Below, in pieces: positions 56,633-61,579 of a stretch of DNA of 61,579 nt. The notes under the pieces were generated by a model. That model ran no database searches. It saw nothing but the letters and a program-made list of their open reading frames with translations, and was not told the DNA's origin. Position 1 is the stretch's first letter; the number at the start of each line of letters is the position of its first letter. This DNA is from a virus (lineage: Duplodnaviria > Caudoviricetes): positions 1 to 61,579 of IMG/VR virus record IMGVR_UViG_3300031965_000028; one strand, 5' to 3'. The position numbers and the translations under genes are program-made.

Positions 56633-56914
56633 TCAGGCATCGCCCCTCACAATCCACCGCAGCCGCCCCCACAATGTTGCTGTGCACAGCACAAAATTGT
56701 TAAGGTCCAGTCGCATCTCTCCTACCTTCACTCTTAGCCATTCGTTTTCCTCTTCTATCCTCTTCATCTCCTTCCTGGTTTCCCGTACCACTGCCCCCAT
56801 ATCTACCAGCGCCTTCCCTGTCTCCTCCTGTATACGCTTTTGCGCCCTCAGCGCTTCTACCGCCGCATCTCCCGCCCTCACCACTTCCCGCCGACTCACG
56901 CGCGCTTCAGCCAT
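56633..56914 (-). CDS. Hypothetical coiled-coil protein
   Basis: RBS, LWGRLRWI C-terminus. Confidence 0.55.
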   Translation of the reverse strand: MAEARVSRREVVRAGDAAVEALRAQKRIQEETGKALVDMGAVVRETRKEMKRIEEENEWLRVKVGEMRLDLNNFVLCTATLWGRLRWIVRGDA

Positions 56915-57143
56915 AGGTATTCTCCGTTTCTACCCTTACCGCCCCTGCTCCAGCCGTCGCTCGTTCCGTAACCTTTTTAGTGCTTCCGCCGTCACCCAGA
57001 CGCTGACCACCTCCGCCCCATACCTCCGAGCGAAAGCGGAGGCGGCGGAGTGGGTACGAAAGAGAACCGCTGATACCCCCCCTGGCCCCCTACGAATGTC
57101 GGGATATACAACCTCGTATATCTCGCGGAGGCCGGGAGGGTGG

Positions 57144-58193
57144 TCAGACATCGCAACCGGGCGTACCGGGTCGCCGAAATGGCCCATACGGAACATGACA
57201 TCCGTGACTTACAAGGAACCCCATGAACCGCTTGTAATCCCTATCCGGCATACCAAATAAGCGCACCACGCACCTGTACTGTCCATGCGTCGCAATCAGC
57301 CCCCGTTGAATAAGCATCCTAATATCCTGCCGCACGAGATCACGATCTCGATAGAGCGGATACGCATGTGTCCAGAACGATTGTCCCGGAGTAGTGACCG
57401 CAGCATAAAGTGTATTGGTAAGATGCTGCCGCCGATCCTGTTGCGGCTGTAACTCGGACGACGGTAGCGCTGCCTCGATGTGCTCGATATCAATAACCGT
57501 GTCTGACGCGGCCCACCGTGCACACGTGATGACGTGTTCCAACTCTCGGACATTGCCCGGCCACGCGTACTGTGCCAGGCGCGCGCGTGCGGCCTGCGTG
57601 ATGATCATCGGCTCTGCTATACGAGCAAGGAAATGATCGATCAGGAGTGGAATGTCGGCCCGGCGTTCCCGTAGCGGAGGCACGGCTACCTCAAGCACTC
57701 GCAGTCGATACATCAGGTCGGCCCGGAAGGAGCCTGCTGCGACCATACCGGGTAGATTGCGATGCGTGGCCGCAATCACGCGGGCATCTACTCGCGAAAC
57801 CGTATCCGATCCTACGGGCTGGATCTCCCCGCTTTCCAGGAAACGCAGGAGCGCCGCTTGCATGCGCGGCCCCATCTCCCCGATCTCATCCAGAAAGACG
57901 GTGCCCTGATGAGCTGTCCGCAATTTTCCAGGTCGTTCACGATCAGCGCCGGTGAAGCTACCCCTCAGGTGTCCGAACAACTCCGACTCAAGGAGCGCGT
58001 CCGTCAAGGCCGCACAATTTACAGGTATAAACGCGCGGGCGTGCCGCTTCGACGTCACATGTACGCGGCGAGCGATCAAGTCCTTGCCTACGCCGGTTTC
58101 CCCGGTAATAAGAATCTTGTCGTCGCCAGCGGCCATGCGGTCCACGGATTGTAGTAGCGACTGCGTAGCGTGTGCACCAATGAATACCGGCAT
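57144..58193 (-). CDS. sigma-54-dependent enhancer-binding protein (AAA+ plus divergent Fis-type HTH), no N-terminal sensor domain; start likely MPVFIG
   Basis: ITGETGVGKD, VNCAAL, ESELFGH, GSFTGA, FLDEIGEM, FRADLMYRL, WPGNVREL. Confidence 0.93.
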   Translation of the reverse strand: MPVFIGAHATQSLLQSVDRMAAGDDKILITGETGVGKDLIARRVHVTSKRHARAFIPVNCAALTDALLESELFGHLRGSFTGADRERPGKLRTAHQGTVFLDEIGEMGPRMQAALLRFLESGEIQPVGSDTVSRVDARVIAATHRNLPGMVAAGSFRADLMYRLRVLEVAVPPLRERRADIPLLIDHFLARIAEPMIITQAARARLAQYAWPGNVRELEHVITCARWAASDTVIDIEHIEAALPSSELQPQQDRRQHLTNTLYAAVTTPGQSFWTHAYPLYRDRDLVRQDIRMLIQRGLIATHGQYRCVVRLFGMPDRDYKRFMGFLVSHGCHVPYGPFRRPGTPGCDV

Positions 58194-58334
58194 TGGACTT
58201 ATAGCGCGGCTTTGTGCCGTTATCACAAGAACATCCTTTTGATTAACATGAACGCCCCTAGCAGGAGCGCCCATAAACCTAGTGATATAGCGACGACGGC
58301 CAGAAACGCTGGCCGTCGCCACCTGAACTCGAGA

Positions 58335-59063
58335 CTAGTCCCAGGGACCATTCGGTTTCGTCTCGGACACACACTCGAAGGCCGTAGACCCCACGCTGAA
58401 GCTGCCGCCCACGGCGTCACACTGCTGCAGTGCGCCTTCGCCAGCGCCGGGGAATCCCGTCGTCCGTGTCCACGTCGTCGGTTCGGGCTCCGGCTCGGGT
58501 TCGGGCTCCGGTTCCGGCTCAGGGTCCGGTTCGCAGTCGAGGCACGGCGGATCTACGGGTGGATCGACTGGCGGGGCCACCGGCGGTACCACCGGAGGCA
58601 CGAACGGCGGCGGGGCATCGTTCGCCCCGCGAATCTGGAAGGTGATCCACGGTGTCCACACGCTCTGCCCGTCTCCTCCACACACCCACGTCGCGATACG
58701 AGCTTCGTAACGGCCACTCTCATACGGCCGTTCGACGTTGCCGCCGTCGTGTTCGGTGGTGAAGCGGTCTACGGCGGCTTTGGTTGCCTCAGTGCGCACC
58801 TCAATGGCGTAGAGGGTTGCGCCTGGTACGGGGGTCCACCGGAAATCGACGTGGAACTGCCCTGTAATGGTGTGCCACCCCTGCACGAGGTCATGCGGGC
58901 AGGAGTTCGGTCCCGGCACGAAGCGTGCGGTGTCGGATACCGAGTCCGTGCTCCCCTGTCCACCGGCCCCAGTCACGGGTAACGGTCCAACCACGGTGTC
59001 GAGCGGGGTACTGCCGCATGCGGCGGCGAAAACGGTACTCATGAGTAGTGCTACAATTCGTGT
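58335..59063 (-). CDS. Lipoprotein with Pro/Glu-rich linker
   Basis: MTRIVALLMSTVFAAAC lipobox; (PE)n repeat; AAGGAG RBS. Confidence 0.75.
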   Translation of the reverse strand, partial: TRIVALLMSTVFAAACGSTPLDTVVGPLPVTGAGGQGSTDSVSDTARFVPGPNSCPHDLVQGWHTITGQFHVDFRWTPVPGATLYAIEVRTEATKAAVDRFTTEHDGGNVERPYESGRYEARIATWVCGGDGQSVWTPWITFQIRGANDAPPPFVPPVVPPVAPPVDPPVDPPCLDCEPDPEPEPEPEPEPEPEPTTWTRTTGFPGAGEGALQQCDAVGGSFSVGSTAFECVSETKPNGPWD

Positions 59064-59105
59064 CATCTTCTCTCCTTGGTTATGGTACAATGAGTGTCCG
59101 GTGAA

Positions 59106-59945
59106 CTAGTGCTTGGCCTTGTACGGATCCCCACGGTAATCGAGCGTCGGGACCTTGCCGCCCTTGCCGTTGCTCTTGAATGTGTACGAGTCCCGGACCT
59201 TCTTGCTCGGGATCACCTCGGCCGGGTCCGCGCCTCCCGCGATCTTCTTCATCCAGCCATGCCACCGGCCGTCGTGTCCCGGCGCAAAGTAGCTCATAGT
59301 TTCCTCGCCGCAACCGCAGGCGCACGACCTCACCGTCTTCACCACCTTCTTCTTGGTGCCCGCTGACCGCGCCGCCGCTCCTGCCAACTTCCGTTTGCCG
59401 CCCGTTCCCGGCAGTCCCGCGTGCTTGTCGGCCCGCTTCCTTGCCAGAGCCGCCTTGCGCACCTTCTCTCTGCCGCGCGCCGACTTCTCCGCTACCGGAA
59501 TCGCTGATGCTGTCGCCATTGTCGTTTCTCCTGATTGATTAACTTCCTGTTTACGCTTGTTACGCTGTCGCTCCGACTCGTCCAGGTCGCGCTCGTCTAT
59601 CCGTTCGACTATGGCTCGAGGAGAGATGCTGACGCCGCCTCCGAGAGATTCAAATTCCCGTATCTCCGCCTCTCCTTCTCCCACTCTTGCTACCCGCTGC
59701 TGCCCCTTCAATGGGACACAGTAGGCGCGGGACTCGTTCACCATCTCAACCCGATAAGGTGGACCGTTGGGCACCATGCGGATGATCTCGCCCTGCTGGA
59801 GTAGCGAGGCGATGGGACGAGAGGCCCACGCACTGGGAGGCGGAGCGGGGATAGGGATAGATGCGGGAGTTGGGGTGACCGTCAATAAGCTGGGCGGCAT
59901 CGCTGCTACTGCCGCCTTAACCGAGAGAGCCGCTTTTCTCGCCAT
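59106..59945 (-). CDS. Basic protein with CxCGC...F.PGHD motif (paralog 3); strong internal start at 59519
   Basis: CACGCGEETMSYFAPGHDGRW; AGGAG RBS before in-frame MATASAIP. Confidence 0.7.
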   Translation of the reverse strand: MARKAALSVKAAVAAMPPSLLTVTPTPASIPIPAPPPSAWASRPIASLLQQGEIIRMVPNGPPYRVEMVNESRAYCVPLKGQQRVARVGEGEAEIREFESLGGGVSISPRAIVERIDERDLDESERQRNKRKQEVNQSGETTMATASAIPVAEKSARGREKVRKAALARKRADKHAGLPGTGGKRKLAGAAARSAGTKKKVVKTVRSCACGCGEETMSYFAPGHDGRWHGWMKKIAGGADPAEVIPSKKVRDSYTFKSNGKGGKVPTLDYRGDPYKAKH

Positions 59946-59978
59946 CGTTCCTCCTTGGGGAACCGAGCCAAGCGCCCA

Positions 59979-60341
59979 TTAGAACACAGGCTTTGTATTT
60001 CTTACCAGTAACTTACCCGACCGCACTAGTTTTTCAAATGCCTCCCAATCTTGAACTATCCTACAACCGGGGCCGAACCCGTGTAGTGTCTTATGGCAGT
60101 TTGGACAAACTATCATCGTATTGTCCAAGCTATAACCTTTGTGCGAGTCTATGCGGTGCCGATCACACACTCCGCCCCAGCCGCACAACTGGCATGGAGT
60201 TCTAACATTTCTCTTTTGATTCGATCTTAAGTGGTGTCCACACAACCTCTTACCGCGTGCCGTACGGCGCGTACACCCTGATACTTGGCACGGCTTAACG
60301 CGATTGCGTTGTCTTAACAACGCATTCTTGGTCCGCGGCAC
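59979..60341 (-). CDS. HNH endonuclease
   Basis: CQLC....DRHRI....Y..DN...VCPNCH; own TTGACA-N17-TATCAT promoter at 60348-60376. Confidence 0.8.
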   Translation of the reverse strand: MPRTKNALLRQRNRVKPCQVSGCTRRTARGKRLCGHHLRSNQKRNVRTPCQLCGWGGVCDRHRIDSHKGYSLDNTMIVCPNCHKTLHGFGPGCRIVQDWEAFEKLVRSGKLLVRNTKPVF

Positions 60342-60405
60342 GAACCAATGATAACACGGCGGTGGCTGGCTGTCAATAATCCTATTCCTTCTAATCGAGA
60401 ACCCC

Positions 60406-60660
60406 CTACTGCTCCTGTTGAATGACCGACTGCTGAGCCCTCATGCCGTCGATAATCACCTCCACCTGCGCCAGGACTGCCGCCTTGTTGCCCTTCAGCC
60501 CCAGCTCCTGCTTCAGGACTGAGTAAGCGGTGCGCCCTCTTGATGCCCTCATCCCCTTTGTCTCCAGATAGAGCGCACCCTTGAGTACGCACAGCCGGTA
60601 GTAGCTTATCGACGCCGCTCCGGTAATAACGGTACAACCCGCTTTCTGTTCAATCGGCAT
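60406..60660 (-). CDS. Hypothetical protein
   Basis: AGGGAG RBS; ALYLETKGMRASRG..AY...K.ELGLKG. Confidence 0.65.
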   Translation of the reverse strand: MPIEQKAGCTVITGAASISYYRLCVLKGALYLETKGMRASRGRTAYSVLKQELGLKGNKAAVLAQVEVIIDGMRAQQSVIQQEQ

Positions 60661-60892
60661 CGGTCTTCTCCCTATTTATGTCCCATCGCCCCTGTTCGTA
60701 CCCGCGCAGGAATATGGTGAGTCCTTCGCGGTGTACAATACCGAGATATCGCGGCTTCCGTCGCCGTCGCTCAGGCCCCACAGCCCGTAGCCGTTCCGTA
60801 ACGACACGTCCATTCCGAGCTGTCGCATCCGGTATACCGTCTCCTGTATCTCCTTCCTGTAGCTTCTCCTCACTGTGTTCTCCTTCCTGTAG

Positions 60893-61306
60893 CTATGCGC
60901 CACTGGTCCCCTCCTTGCTATCTTCCGGTCCCGCCGTCGTCTCCGGGTCCGGCTCTCCCATCAGGTATTTCTCAATCTTCCCTATGTAGCCCTCCGCCGT
61001 CTTAATCAGCGCCTCGTGTAACAGCCCGATGTTACGGGCTCCGTGCAACTTATAATTGCGCGGCGCATCCTTCATCGGCCAGGTATACTCATCGTTCTCC
61101 CGGATACACAGTTGCCACCTGCCCTTCTCTCGGACGTATCCGATCTTAAGCTGGTCGGAGGTCTTGACCCAGCACTGGATTCCTAGTCCCAGCGCATGTA
61201 GCTTCTCCTCCTCGTGATGGATTCGCTCGGTAAGCTGGTTGGATAGCGTATCCAGCCGTTGCTTCAACTCCTGCACCTTTTCGAAGTCTATCACCGTGTC
61301 CTCCAC
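60893..61306 (-). CDS. Hypothetical protein
   Basis: ORF in operon. Confidence 0.6.
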   Translation of the reverse strand: MEDTVIDFEKVQELKQRLDTLSNQLTERIHHEEEKLHALGLGIQCWVKTSDQLKIGYVREKGRWQLCIRENDEYTWPMKDAPRNYKLHGARNIGLLHEALIKTAEGYIGKIEKYLMGEPDPETTAGPEDSKEGTSGA

Positions 61307-61572
61307 CCCAGCCCTTCCGGAGGCTCGTCGCCCATCATGTCGTCCTCGTCCTCGTCCGGTTCCTCCCCCTCTGCATCGTCGTCCGGTTCATCTTCCTCTT
61401 CCTCCTCTTCTTCCTCCTGTAGCTCCAGCTTACCCGAGTACGTCTCGCAGCTTCCGCACACCTCCCAGCAATCCGCCTGTCCTGGGTGCGACATGGCGTA
61501 GTGGCGAGTGTAGTCGGAACAGGTGCGACAGAAGAACCAGCCGTCACCGATCCACATGTGAGGATTCATCAC
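61291..61572 (-). CDS. Zinc-finger protein with acidic tail spanning the assembly junction
   Basis: CRTC...CGSC, poly-Glu/Asp. Confidence 0.55.
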   Translation of the reverse strand: MMNPHMWIGDGWFFCRTCSDYTRHYAMSHPGQADCWEVCGSCETYSGKLELQEEEEEEEEDEPDDDAEGEEPDEDEDDMMGDEPPEGLGWRTR

Positions 61573-61578
61573 CAGCCC
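61453..61578. repeat. Direct terminal repeat (copy 2)
   Basis: Identical to 1-126; the last base 61579 differs from 127. Confidence 0.95.
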
Positions 61579-61579
61579 A

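Noticed and set aside
58194-58322. N-terminal regulatory domain of the bEBP
   Set aside because: Only 43 extra codons, overlapped by a small TM-encoding ORF in another frame, no sensor motif
1-61579. tRNA genes, integrase/att site, alternative genetic code
   Set aside because: No cloverleaf or recombinase motifs recognised by eye; genes are full length under the standard code using all three stops (tRNAscan/HMM search not run)

Overview
Apparently complete (126-bp terminal overlap), ~61.45-kb, GC-rich tailed-phage genome with podovirus-like organisation and no recognisable integrase. A divergent control region (~6023-6812) separates a rightward late arm (terminase, portal, scaffold, capsid, a radical-SAM/2x methyltransferase/glycosyltransferase island, adaptor/nozzle/fibres, putative ejection proteins, lysis cassette; 6813-39958) from a leftward early/replication arm (39970-61579 continuing into 1-6022). 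The replication arm carries a 2-aminoadenine (Z-genome) toolkit: PurZ (GSESKG, YPIRV), DatZ-like HD phosphohydrolase, a dATP/dGTP diphosphohydrolase-like protein, a MazG-like protein and an unusual family-A polymerase fused to a UDG-family domain with altered base-checking motifs. Most novel-looking: the phage encodes a regulatory-domain-less sigma-54 enhancer-binding protein and its early region contains two -24/-12 sigma-54 promoters plus helically phased TGTCCTC-N4-GAGTACA (TGT-N12-ACA) boxes, suggesting a phage sigma-54 enhancer circuit. Also present: two long structured minus-strand leader RNAs, sigma-70 promoters almost all with 18-bp spacers, an HNH-containing intein in a DinG-type helicase, six free-standing homing endonucleases and a possible ADP-ribosyltransferase between the terminase genes. 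All calls are from motif reading by eye; no database searches were run.
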